Below are positions 22,627 through 31,979 of a DNA stretch of 64,000 nt, in pieces (positions within the stretch are counted from its first letter, which is position 1; each line of letters opens with the position of its first letter). The DNA is taken from contig CAWGMQ010000010.1 of the NCBI GenBank assembly GCA_963823665.1, forward strand, positions 1,920,001-1,984,000, in the 5' to 3' direction. The DNA is from an uncultured Planctomycetota bacterium (GTDB lineage Bacteria; Planctomycetota; Planctomycetia; Isosphaerales; Isosphaeraceae). A program made the translations under genes and the position numbers. A model generated the notes under the pieces. It had not been told where the DNA came from and did not search any database. It saw only the letters and a program-made list of their open reading frames with translations.

Positions 22627-22966
22627 GGTTGTGCCTCGATAGGCTCAATCGGAAATTCTCGAAGTCCGAAATCGACCGATTTCGGCACTCCCCCCCAGAG
22701 TAACCAAATCTCGCCGAAAAGGGCCTGAAATCCGTCCCTTTACCCTTCCCGGAATCGACGTCCCTGGCCGTTGCCCAACCGCCGGGCCTCGGGACAGCCT
22801 CCCCATAGTGTGCAAAATGGCCCACGTGGGTATCATCGAAGGCTCGCACGAAATCTTTCGCGGTGATTTGCACGTCACTTCACGGGGACGTAAGCGCCGC
22901 AATGGTTCGAGCGTGCAAATTAGGTATGAAGACTACGGGTAGGCATGTCTGAATGAATGGGATGCC

Positions 22967-23233
22967 ATGAAACGCTTCCGGCTGAGCACGGTCATGTTGC
23001 TGGTGATCATCGTGGCGTTGGGTGTTGCCCTCGTGGTGCATGAGCAGCGGGCGAGGCGTCGTGAGGCTGCGTTACTGGCCCAACTGCACCCCGTTGAGCA
23101 TACGATTGTCGCACCCTTCTCAGGTATTATAACAAAGAACAAAAAAATCACATTTATTGAGCCGACAACTGATATCAGGAAGGTATTGGAGGAGTTGACT
23201 AGCGGCCGCGACAAGAGGGAAGAAGGGAAGTGA
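22967..23233 (+). CDS. Small membrane-anchored protein with an 'RFRLSTVM' N-terminus
   Basis: MKRFRLSTVMLLVIIVALGVALVV followed by RARRREAAL. Confidence 0.65.
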   Translation: MKRFRLSTVMLLVIIVALGVALVVHEQRARRREAALLAQLHPVEHTIVAPFSGIITKNKKITFIEPTTDIRKVLEELTSGRDKREEGK

Positions 23234-23310
23234 TTGTTGTTCTCGGCATCGCTGGCCTAATCCCGAGGCCGCTTCAGGGTGTGTTGCCTCCATCCACTCG
23301 ACCGGCTACT

Positions 23311-24765
23311 TCAGCGACTGGGAGACTCGATCCTGGCGGGCCGGTTCAAACCGCGAGGAGCTCTTGCTTTCCGGAGTCCCTCAATCTTCATGTCAGGGAT
23401 TCTTCCGGCTGCCTGATTCTCCTGGGAGATCTCTTCTGCGAGCGCTGAAGACTCATGTATCAGCCGATCAGGGTTGAGACGGCGGATTTGCTCGACACGA
23501 TCTTCGCCAAGACGGACGACCCAGCGAGCGCGATCCGAGTCGATTGTGCGGCTCAAGTCGGCGATCCCGGCGAGGTAATTCGCCAGCGAGCGGCGCGCCG
23601 ACGCGCGGAGCCGCCAACTGGGATGACCTTCGGACACGCAACGCAGGAGTGTCTCTGTGCCAGCGTGGTATTGAGAGAGCGTAGGGCTATCCACGATCAG
23701 GTGAAAATAGGAACTCCCCGGATTGTCGACGTCCTTCACACGTTCGGCAATCCTCTGGAGTCGCTGCTCGATCTCGCGAACCAATGCCCTCGAATCGACG
23801 GCGTTGAGTCGAGACTTTCCGCCGAAGACGCACGCAGCGGCCAGTTCGGGACCAGCACATTGCTTCGACTCGGGCGGCAAATCCGCCACGGACCGGAGAT
23901 CGGCATCCAGCGATGCGATCTCCATCTGCTGAAGGGCCAGGCCGCACTCCGCCTCCCAACGGATCGCCGACTGAGGATGCGTCTCGGCGATGCGCCGCAA
24001 GATCTGGCCAGCCGTGGAACCAAGGTTCTCGGCCAGTAGTCCAAAATTGTCCGTGATATCCTGTTCAAGAAGGACGCCCGGAAACTCGTCGAGGACCTGT
24101 CTCAGCCGGTGCTCGATCTCCGCAGCCAGGGCGGTGGTCTTGACCTTTCTCTTCTGAATGATGAGCTCTCTCGCCTCGACACCTTCCGGCAGCTTTTGGG
24201 GGAGACTTCCCTGGTTTCGAATTTCGCCCCGGAGCTGCAAACTTCGAGCAAACGCCAAGGCCAGGCACGCCCGTCCGCGAATTCCTGGGTTCGGATTCTC
24301 ATCGAAGATTCGTTTGAGAAGGCCTTCGCCTTCCGGGCCGCGCGCGCCCGGTGCATGGCAAACTGCGGCAATCCGGCCGCTACAGATATACTGATCTGCG
24401 ATCTTCCGGACCGCCTCATCGCCCTCCGGCGTGCGAAACCCATTTCGGACAACCCAGACCAGCGCATCGACAGTCGCCACCTCGTCGATCGTTTTGCTGA
24501 CCAGTACGAGGAATCGCTGTGCGTATTTCCGCCGGTCGGGCATCGCCCGCATGGCCGCCTTCTTCTCCGCATCCGTTTTCGCCTTACGGGCGATGTCGAA
24601 CGCGGATCGTTGAGCGGATTCAAACTCGGCCTCAAGCCGACGAACCGCTTCCGCCGTCTCTGAAGTCTGATGAGAGGCAGTCCGCAGATCGTCGTTCCAG
24701 GCTGGCGACCAGGCTATCCAAAATGTCAGGACTATCACCAAAGAGTCCATTGGCTGACCTCCCAC
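23311..24765 (-). CDS. Secreted alpha-helical repeat protein (HEAT/TPR-like)
   Basis: Signal-like N-terminus; three repeats LLKRIFDENPNPGIRGRACLALA, ILRRIAETHPQSAIRWEAECGLA, LLRCVSEGHPSWRLRASARRSLA. Confidence 0.65.
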   Translation of the reverse strand: MGGQPMDSLVIVLTFWIAWSPAWNDDLRTASHQTSETAEAVRRLEAEFESAQRSAFDIARKAKTDAEKKAAMRAMPDRRKYAQRFLVLVSKTIDEVATVDALVWVVRNGFRTPEGDEAVRKIADQYICSGRIAAVCHAPGARGPEGEGLLKRIFDENPNPGIRGRACLALAFARSLQLRGEIRNQGSLPQKLPEGVEARELIIQKRKVKTTALAAEIEHRLRQVLDEFPGVLLEQDITDNFGLLAENLGSTAGQILRRIAETHPQSAIRWEAECGLALQQMEIASLDADLRSVADLPPESKQCAGPELAAACVFGGKSRLNAVDSRALVREIEQRLQRIAERVKDVDNPGSSYFHLIVDSPTLSQYHAGTETLLRCVSEGHPSWRLRASARRSLANYLAGIADLSRTIDSDRARWVVRLGEDRVEQIRRLNPDRLIHESSALAEEISQENQAAGRIPDMKIEGLRKARAPRGLNRPARIESPSR

Positions 24766-25125
24766 GACTCAAGCTAATCCAGCCGATTGACTATGGTGAA
24801 TCAGCGTCGCCAAGGGCTCGAACGGCCCGGCAGAACGCGAGGTGCTGCCCGGATTGCTGTGGAGTTGGGTTCTAAGGACGACGTGATCACTCTCACCGGT
24901 GTGATGTTGTGCTTCGACCCGCCGTGCTCCCGCTGCTGCTACCCGGTGTGCGGCTCACGCAGATTGTCGATTCTACGGTCCTCAGCCCGACGCAACGGCG
25001 ACTTCCCCGACGCGCAGAAGCTGCCTCGCGGTCGCGGTCACATGCCGGACCGCTACGGGATCAACCATCGGCGCCGAAGCCCACACAGAATCACTGCGGC
25101 TTGAAGCCTGGACCAGCATCTTCCC

Positions 25126-25154
25126 CTTCGTTGCCTTCGCTACCTTCTGTTCAA
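25126..25154. repeat. Short interspersed repeat CTTCGTTGC-CTTCGCTAC-CTTCTGTTCAA
   Basis: Three 9-nt periodic units; resembles an intergenic repeat type I recall from PVC-group genomes (not verified). Confidence 0.45.
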
Positions 25155-25330
25155 GCTCTTTCGACGCGGGTACGGATGGCCGCGACCGCGCGGCGGCGCT
25201 GCTCCTTGCCCTGAATCAGGCTGATCTCTGCAGATTAGTCGAGCCCTTGGCCCGTTCCTGTGGTCGAGTCAGCGTCCTTCGGCGTCGGAACCACACACGG
25301 CACCGCGTGGCCGGCCAGTTCCCATCCCCG

Positions 25331-26131
25331 TTAGCGTTGGCCATCGAGTGAGAATCGCCCGCACTCTGAACGCCACCGCCTCGCCCCCTCCGCAACAAGC
25401 CGCGCCAGGTCCCCAAACGTTCGTATGTCCCCGATCGTGACCCGGGACGGCAGCAAAAAGCGAGTACTGATCCAAGCCCCAATCCAATTGACGGCAGCCA
25501 CGCAAACGCCGCCGGCCGGCACTATCGGCGCGAAATAAGCGACCCAGCCATCGCGACCAGCAATCCAAACATCGCCCCCCAGATGCTCAACTCATACACA
25601 GGCCTGCTCACCTTCACGTCCGGAAGTGAGTTCGGAGCCAATTTCGCGATGGGCCCGATGAACACGTCAGGATGTCGCCGCGCGTATGCTTCAATCGGCG
25701 TCGAAGGCGCCACAGCATTCCCATTCACACCCGACTCTCGCAACGTCGAGCGAATCGCCAGGAACGCGCCGGCGGTCAGGCACTTCGAAATTAAGGATAT
25801 TGACCGGTTCGATCGAGGGCATGAATCCCGTCTGCGCGATAAACGAGCAAAGGTCCCGGAGCGTTCGCGACCCGGCCGGTTCCAGTACCGCGCGCCACGC
25901 GCTGTCTGGCAATCCGAGCTTCCATTCAGTGTTGAGTGCCCTCGCGAGCCGTCTCCAATCCAGCAGATCGCACCAAAATCGCCATTCCCCGATCGTGGTC
26001 TCAAACGTCAGCTCGAACTGCGGTTCCGCGTCATACTCGATCGAGCAATCCTGCCGATGTTGGTCGCGAAAAACGGCAAGCACTTACTCGGGCGTCGCCG
26101 GCACGTAAGTCAGAGAAAGATCGTATTTCAC
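25331..26131 (-). pseudogene. Hypothetical membrane protein pseudogene (in-frame TAA plus frameshifts)
   Basis: MKYDLSLTYVPATPE*VLAVFRDQHRQ with TAA at 26084-86; continues through ORFs 25691-26083, 25522-26004 and 25331-25522 (TFGDLARLVA). Confidence 0.7.
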
Positions 26132-26176
26132 GGGAAGGTTACTCTTCGTCACGGCTCAAGCCGAGGGCCCGTTCAA

Positions 26177-26210
26177 TCGTACTCGTACTCGTGCTCGTAC
26201 TCGTACTCGT
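26177..26210. repeat. Hexanucleotide tandem repeat (TCGTAC)n
   Basis: tcgtac tcgtac tcgtgc tcgtac tcgtac tcgt, downstream of the DUF1559 gene. Confidence 0.85.
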
Positions 26211-26234
26211 CTTTCTTCTCGTTCACCCCGCCCC

Positions 26235-27215
26235 TCACTGCCCCACCCCATCCGCCTTCCTCCCCCGAATCCGCGCATACTCCCTCCAGATCACCCGATC
26301 AACCGTCGGCGTCACGGTCGCCACGTGCCCATCCGCAAACAGCACATTCACCCCCGCCACGTGCCCGCTCGAAGCCCCCATGAGCGCCGACGTTCCAGAC
26401 GCCTCGATGCATGAAGGATGCCCATTCGGCCTGAGCGCGTGATTGTAGAGCGTGGACCGATAATCCGCCGCATTCCACGATGACCCCGCGTCCCCCCGCC
26501 ATCGCGATAGGTCCTCCACCGCCCCACATCCATCCCCTTCGATTCGTCCTTCTACCAGCATATAATTAATCTTCACTGCACTCCCTGACTTGTTGTCCCC
26601 CACCAATCGCTCCGAAAAGACGGCCGTGTAGCTCGTGCCGTCCAGGTCCTGAATCTCCTTCAGGCTCATCGATCGTCCCACCGCAAACGCTCCGTTATCG
26701 CCGGCCGTAGTGTCACCGGTGCACGCGCGGTAGCTGATCGGAGCCACGAACAGCCCCGCCGTCGCGTTGGGATCGCTGGCGCACACCAACCCCCGAACCG
26801 CGGTCTCGCCGGGTACCTCCCCGGGATGCCCTTCCGGTCGCGTCTTCGCGTCCTTGAGAACAAGGAAGTTAGCCTGCTCGAGCGTCTCGAGAATCAACCG
26901 CACCACACTCTTCGGCCGCGCCTCGGCAGCGGAATCCGGCGCCGCCACACCTTCAACCGTCGGCAGCCGTTTCTCCAGAAAATCGTACTGCTCGATCGCA
27001 AATCCAATGTGCGCCAGGTTGTTCTCGCACCCGGCCATTCTGGCGTGTTCGCGCCCGCGCGGCAGGAACATCAAGATGACGAGCACCGCCAGGATGACCA
27101 GCACCAGCACCACGATCACGTCCGCGGCCGTAACCCCGCGCCGCCCGCCCGCACAGAGGCCGGCCGGCCCGCAAGCTCTCCCCACGCGCCGTTCGTGAGA
27201 GATAAGCATGTGCAA
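26235..27215 (-). CDS. DUF1559 prepilin-like protein with an H-X9-DG C-terminal motif
   Basis: RRGVTAADVIVVLV...PRGREHARMAGCENNLAHIG, DGTSYT..FSER, SSGHVAGVNVLFADGHV. Confidence 0.9.
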   Translation of the reverse strand: MHMLISHERRVGRACGPAGLCAGGRRGVTAADVIVVLVLVILAVLVILMFLPRGREHARMAGCENNLAHIGFAIEQYDFLEKRLPTVEGVAAPDSAAEARPKSVVRLILETLEQANFLVLKDAKTRPEGHPGEVPGETAVRGLVCASDPNATAGLFVAPISYRACTGDTTAGDNGAFAVGRSMSLKEIQDLDGTSYTAVFSERLVGDNKSGSAVKINYMLVEGRIEGDGCGAVEDLSRWRGDAGSSWNAADYRSTLYNHALRPNGHPSCIEASGTSALMGASSGHVAGVNVLFADGHVATVTPTVDRVIWREYARIRGRKADGVGQ

Positions 27216-27227
27216 AACCCACCGTGC

Positions 27228-29462
27228 TTACTCTTTGATTTCGACGAGCGCGTCGCCGGTGCCGATATTCCCCGCCGCGTCGGTGGCCCGCACCATCACC
27301 AGGTGCGCGCCTTTCTTCAGATCGGGAATTCGCAGCGTGATCTTCTCCTCGCCCGAGTCAAACAGCTCGTCGTCGGGGAAGATCGGCGTCCAGGCGCCGC
27401 CGTCGACTGCATAGTCCGCCTTCACCACCCGCGTCAGCTCGTCCTTGAGCACGATCGAAGCACCGGCCCCCTTGGGAGTGACCTTCACGACCGGCGGATC
27501 GTGGTCGACCACGAATGTGAGGCTCTCCCGCTCCCGCGTCAGGGCGTCATCCGCACTGTTGGAGGGACGATCGCTGGCCAGGACCTTCAGGCGATAGACC
27601 CCCGAGGGAAACGCGGTCGTGTCCCAGGCAAATGTCTTCTCCGTGAGCGGCTCGCTATCGAGCCGGATCCATTCCGGCCAGCCTTCCTTGCGCACCGTGA
27701 GCGTGTAGTTCATGTCGTCTTCATTGGGGTCGGTGGCATCCCAGCGGATGGAGAGCCGCGGTTGCTTCGCCGCCCCGTCGCCGCCGCTGGCGTCGGGAAT
27801 GTCGAGCCGTGTGATCTCCGGCGCCAGGTTTGCCGTCCGGAAGCTGAGCGACACTGACCGCAGCTCCGGCGTGTGCTTCGTGTCGGTCGTGGAAAGCTGG
27901 ACGCGATACTGGATAAACCGCCCCGCCGGACAGGCGGTCGAAGCCTTCGCGGGGTCGCTCTGCTCCGCCGACCAGGCTGACCACGTCTCATCCGGCTCGC
28001 CCACGTTGCCCGAGCGAGACTGGAACACAATCGAAGTCCCCGCCGGCCGCTCCGCGCGCCAGCTCAAAACCCCGAAGCGGCTTACCAGCTTGGTGTCGTG
28101 GATCTCCGAGACCAGCGTTCCTTTGGACGCATAGCCCGGCGAAAGCCGGATGACGCTGCCCGGGTCGCCGGTTCCCAGGAGCACCGTTCCGTCCGGCTCG
28201 GTCAAGAGCGAGAGAATCTGTCCGGAATCGAGCTTGGCGATCGGCGCAGTCTCGTGCCCCGCCTCGCGCACCTCGAAGAGCACCCCTTCCGGTCCGGTCC
28301 CGACGATCAGTCGATCGTTGGCCCATGCCAGCGCATGCACCAGTGCTTTGAACCGCAGCACCTCGCGCGGCACTCCGTCGGCATCGAGGCGATAGACGGC
28401 GTTGTCGCCCGCCGTGATCGGCCGCGGCGACGCCGAGCCACCGCCTGGCGGCCGCCCGGGAGTCTTCGGCTGCGCCGGTGCTGAAGGCTGGGCCGTGGCT
28501 TTCTTCACCTGGTTGTCTGCCTCGCCGCCGGTCGGAAAAGATCCGTCCCGGTCCGAGGGCGGTCCATCCAGAAGCTGGGGCGCTCCCGCCCCCTGGGCAA
28601 GAAACATCGAGCTCCGCGAGTTTCCACCGCCAGCCTCGACCGCCGTCCCGGCGTAAAGTGCTCCGTCGCCGCCCCAGAGCAATGTGCGGATCTCCGATTG
28701 AGGGGCGTCAAAGACGATCGTCGCCTTCCCGTCGCGCGTCACCCGGTAGATCAAGCCCTCGCCGTCGCTGCCGGCGTAGATCGACCCATCGGGCCCGACC
28801 GCAAGACACAGCAGATGCGTCGACTTGCTGTCGTAGAGCAGCGACCATTTTCCGTCGCTCGCCCGCTTCCAGAGCTGCCCGTTCGGGCCCGTCGCCGCCA
28901 GCAGGTTGCCCTGCTGATCGCACGCCAGGTCCCAGATGTACTGCACCTTCGCGTCAGGCCGCGAAACTGGATGCTTCGGGTCCGTCAGGTTGATGACCTG
29001 CCCGCCCGGTCCCGTCCCGCAGTACGAAATCCCCTCCGGCGTGACGCAGAGCGACAGCACCTGCGTATCGCCCGGCTTGGAAAAAAGCGCTCGTCCGTGC
29101 GCCGAACAGTCGTAAACAACACTCCAGCTCGCGCCGGCCTTGGGCTCCCGACCCATCACCTTGCCGCCGTCGCCGGTCGCCGCCAGCAAGATGCCTTCGC
29201 GCGTCCGCGCCAGGTCCCAGACCCTTTCGACGCCGATCGATCCCAGCGGAGCCAGCGCATGCCCGAGCCGGATCCGCCCGCTATCAGATACGACCACCCC
29301 TTCACGGTGCGCCTTCGCGAACGCCCCGGGTCCTTCCTGACGCCAGGTTTCCACCTTGGCCACGGCCGACGCCGCGATCAAAACAACCGCCGCCGAGCCG
29401 GCCGCCGCGATCCATTTACGCGGAAATCCGGCTCGCCCAAAAAATCGCGGGCGATGCCACAT
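27228..29462 (-). CDS. Secreted beta-propeller protein with C-terminal FN3/Ig-like domains
   Basis: Signal peptide ending ASAVA; repeats IWDLA..D..G.LLAATGP.G, LAVGPDGSIYAGS; C-terminal WDATDPN, YRLKVLASD, VRATDAAGN. Confidence 0.85.
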   Translation of the reverse strand: MWHRPRFFGRAGFPRKWIAAAGSAAVVLIAASAVAKVETWRQEGPGAFAKAHREGVVVSDSGRIRLGHALAPLGSIGVERVWDLARTREGILLAATGDGGKVMGREPKAGASWSVVYDCSAHGRALFSKPGDTQVLSLCVTPEGISYCGTGPGGQVINLTDPKHPVSRPDAKVQYIWDLACDQQGNLLAATGPNGQLWKRASDGKWSLLYDSKSTHLLCLAVGPDGSIYAGSDGEGLIYRVTRDGKATIVFDAPQSEIRTLLWGGDGALYAGTAVEAGGGNSRSSMFLAQGAGAPQLLDGPPSDRDGSFPTGGEADNQVKKATAQPSAPAQPKTPGRPPGGGSASPRPITAGDNAVYRLDADGVPREVLRFKALVHALAWANDRLIVGTGPEGVLFEVREAGHETAPIAKLDSGQILSLLTEPDGTVLLGTGDPGSVIRLSPGYASKGTLVSEIHDTKLVSRFGVLSWRAERPAGTSIVFQSRSGNVGEPDETWSAWSAEQSDPAKASTACPAGRFIQYRVQLSTTDTKHTPELRSVSLSFRTANLAPEITRLDIPDASGGDGAAKQPRLSIRWDATDPNEDDMNYTLTVRKEGWPEWIRLDSEPLTEKTFAWDTTAFPSGVYRLKVLASDRPSNSADDALTRERESLTFVVDHDPPVVKVTPKGAGASIVLKDELTRVVKADYAVDGGAWTPIFPDDELFDSGEEKITLRIPDLKKGAHLVMVRATDAAGNIGTGDALVEIKE

Positions 29463-29470
29463 GAGAGTTT

Positions 29471-29502
29471 CCCCCCCTTGCAAAGGGGGGGCCAGGGGGG
29501 GT
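29471..29502. repeat. REP-like palindrome CCCCCCCTT-GCA-AAGGGGGGG followed by CCAGGGGGGGT
   Basis: Perfect 9-bp stem between the S55 peptidase and beta-propeller genes. Confidence 0.65.
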
Positions 29503-29518
29503 GAAGGCCGCTGAACGA

Positions 29519-31423
29519 CTACAACGATATCGACAACCCTGCGTCTTTGGCCACGGTAAATCGCAGCGTTTGCATCCCTTCCACGACCCAGCTCACCGGC
29601 AGCACCCCCGTGATGTCGCTCCGGATCGGCGGCATCGGCGTTTCTCGTTTGGATTGAAGCGCCGACCGCACACTGCCCGGCAAGTTCGGCAGGGCCTGGC
29701 CTCTGATCGTCACACCACGCTCGGGCGACGGGATGTGCACATAGATCGACGTCCGCTTGGGGTCGGTCTGCAGCCGGATCGCGCGGATGAGAGCATCGAG
29801 GTCATGGGGATCGAGAATCGCCGGATCGTTGCGGAACTGCCGGCGCGAGCTGTTCATCGCGTCGCAGACCACCAGCTCGCACGGCCCCTCGGGAAAATCT
29901 CGGGGAATCGGAATCTTGATCTCGTGCGTCTCTCGCTCTCCCTTGTGCGGCTTGAGGGTCACGAGCGCCTTCACGTCGTGCCCGGGCTCGACCGTCTCCG
30001 AAGCCAGTCGCACCGATTCAAGAATCGCCGTTCGACGCCCGGGCTCGATCTGCACGTCGCAATCGATCGACTCGATCCGCACCGGCCCAATCGGGTTCCG
30101 CACCAGGATGCTCACAATCGTCGACAGCGGGCTGAACAATAGTGCTGCCCCCATCGGCCCGGTGTATCGCGCCCCGCTGAACGTATCCTGGATCGTGATC
30201 GGATCGGCCCCTTTCAGCCGCACCGTCGCCGTCATCCGCGCCGTCAGCTCTTCGGGCAGATTGCCTTCGGTGTCGATCGCGTTTGTCGTCACGGCCATGA
30301 CGAGCGACGCCAGCATCATCGGCTCCCGTACGACTTTCACGTGATAAGTCTGCGCGTCGGCGTAGCGGCTGGTCTTGACCTTCACCGCCAGCGGCAGCAT
30401 GTCGGGTTCCGGGCCGATCCGCCCGGCCACGCTGGTGCTGACGTCGGTGTCGATCACACCGACAACTTTGAGCGGCGATCCCATCTTCATGCTCACGCTC
30501 GCACGCGGATACACGGTGTGGATGTAGCCGGTCATCATCGGCAGATCGCAGGCACCCAGCGAGAGCATCGGATGCCCGAACCCGTAAACGCGGTTCCCCT
30601 CCACGTGCGTCACGGTGCCGATCGCCGACAGGTCGAAATCACCGGTCACCATCGCGATCGAGAGCGGAGACCCGGGCACGAGCGGCCGGTCTCCCTCCTC
30701 GCGAATGATCCGCTCCTGCGCAGCCCCGCCTGCCATCGGTGCCATCCCCAGCGGCCTCAGCCGCTCCGAGAGGAACGACAGCGCCCGGGCGGAAAAACCC
30801 GACGCGGCCACCGGCGTGACAATAGGCGTCATCCCCGCCAGGCCGCCACCGGAAACGGGCAAGCAAAGCGACGCACCAGGCATATCCGCCCCGCGTGAAT
30901 CCGCCAGCTCTTCCAGCAGCGGAGCCAGCGAAGAGGTGCGCACCGTACCGGCGGCCGGATCCTTCGATTCCGCCGCAGTTCGGCGATCGCTCGAGCGCAC
31001 ATACTGGATCATCTGCGAAAACGGCGTGATCCCGGCGATCGGGTCCTTGGCAAACTCCCACGCGAAGGCAACCGCTCCCAGCAGCTTGCCGTCGATGTAA
31101 ACCGGGCTGCCGCTCATCCCCTGGATGATGCCAGCGTGTTCGAGGTTGCACCCCTTGAGACGACAGAGAACCATGTCGCGCCCCGGGCTCACATCCCGCA
31201 TCACCCCCAGCACCTCGGCCTCGAATTCCTCGAGCTTGGTTCCGCGCATCACCGTCCGGCCCACCCCCTTCATGCCCGGACGGATATCCTTTACGTCCCA
31301 GTAAGTCTTGGGGTCGGGCTCGCCCGCCACGCTCCGCGAGCAGAAGATTCCCCCCATTCCAACCGCAACAACAACAAGGGCGCGGAAAAACACGCTGAAT
31401 TCTCGACCGAAAGTACGTCGCAT
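29519..31423 (-). CDS. SpoIVB-type peptidase S55 domain protein
   Basis: IRPGMKGVGRTV, GIIQGMSGSPVYIDGKLLGAVA, IAGITP, GTVT....VYGFGHP; signal peptide; start set at ATG 31423. Confidence 0.92.
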   Translation of the reverse strand: MRRTFGREFSVFFRALVVVAVGMGGIFCSRSVAGEPDPKTYWDVKDIRPGMKGVGRTVMRGTKLEEFEAEVLGVMRDVSPGRDMVLCRLKGCNLEHAGIIQGMSGSPVYIDGKLLGAVAFAWEFAKDPIAGITPFSQMIQYVRSSDRRTAAESKDPAAGTVRTSSLAPLLEELADSRGADMPGASLCLPVSGGGLAGMTPIVTPVAASGFSARALSFLSERLRPLGMAPMAGGAAQERIIREEGDRPLVPGSPLSIAMVTGDFDLSAIGTVTHVEGNRVYGFGHPMLSLGACDLPMMTGYIHTVYPRASVSMKMGSPLKVVGVIDTDVSTSVAGRIGPEPDMLPLAVKVKTSRYADAQTYHVKVVREPMMLASLVMAVTTNAIDTEGNLPEELTARMTATVRLKGADPITIQDTFSGARYTGPMGAALLFSPLSTIVSILVRNPIGPVRIESIDCDVQIEPGRRTAILESVRLASETVEPGHDVKALVTLKPHKGERETHEIKIPIPRDFPEGPCELVVCDAMNSSRRQFRNDPAILDPHDLDALIRAIRLQTDPKRTSIYVHIPSPERGVTIRGQALPNLPGSVRSALQSKRETPMPPIRSDITGVLPVSWVVEGMQTLRFTVAKDAGLSISL

Positions 31424-31758
31424 CGGTTGGTCCGCCTGAAGCAGGTCGAAAGAGTACGCGATGGGGCGCCGCGGATCGACCCGGGGAAGGAATGAGGCGA
31501 CGAGGCCTTTACACAAGTCAACCATCGGCTTGCGCTAGGGCCCGCTCTCGCGGAAAATCTTCACGATCTCCACGAATCACACCGCTATCAACCAATCCTG
31601 ATTCTCAGATCAGTTCCATCCTGGATCGCTCCAACCAATGTTACACAGCAAAGCCGCAAGAAGACAAGTGCTTTGGACTTAGGGATTTTGGAATTTCCGC
31701 CATTTCCGCTACAGTCCGCAGAAGTGGCGGAAATCCGCCGTATCTCTGTCAAAGCGTG

Positions 31759-31905
31759 TCAGTGGCGCGTAGCCATCCCTATTAGGGTAGTAGCCAGGCC
31801 GAACGCTAGCATCGCGTTCAGGATCAGAGAGTACCAAAGGGCAACCTCTTTCCAGTCCCGCCGCCCTTCGGCCATCAGCTCCGCCAGCGTTTTGTGATAT
31901 CGCAT
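31759..31905 (-). CDS. 48-aa single-TM peptide
   Basis: MRYHKTLAELMAEGRRDWKEVALWYSLILNAMLAFGLATTLIGMATRH; GGAG RBS 7 nt before the ATG. Confidence 0.5.
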   Translation of the reverse strand: MRYHKTLAELMAEGRRDWKEVALWYSLILNAMLAFGLATTLIGMATRH

Positions 31906-31916
31906 TGTAGATCTCC

Positions 31917-31963
31917 AAAAAGAAAGGGCGTGACCCAACAATAAATTGTTAGGTCACGCCCTT
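31917..31963 (-). terminator. Intrinsic terminator on the minus strand
   Basis: Arms 31924-31942 and 31945-31963 match at 18/19; the mismatch is G-U on the minus strand; followed by TCTTTTT on the minus strand. Confidence 0.8.
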
Positions 31964-31979
31964 CTATCTTGCAGTCCAA

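Noticed and set aside
22866..22926. Integron attC site
   Set aside because: The inverted repeat ATTTGCACG/CGTGCAAAT is present, but the RYYYAAC/GTTRRRY ends are not, there is no second copy and no integrase
24787..25104. Tyrosine-recombinase remnant (GDFPDAQKL...GH)
   Set aside because: Resemblance too weak; no recognisable HxLR box or correctly placed catalytic Tyr
21646..25956. Repeat pair as the template/variable regions of a diversity-generating retroelement
   Set aside because: Differences affect all four bases, the repeats are far longer than a typical TR/VR, and there is no reverse transcriptase in the window
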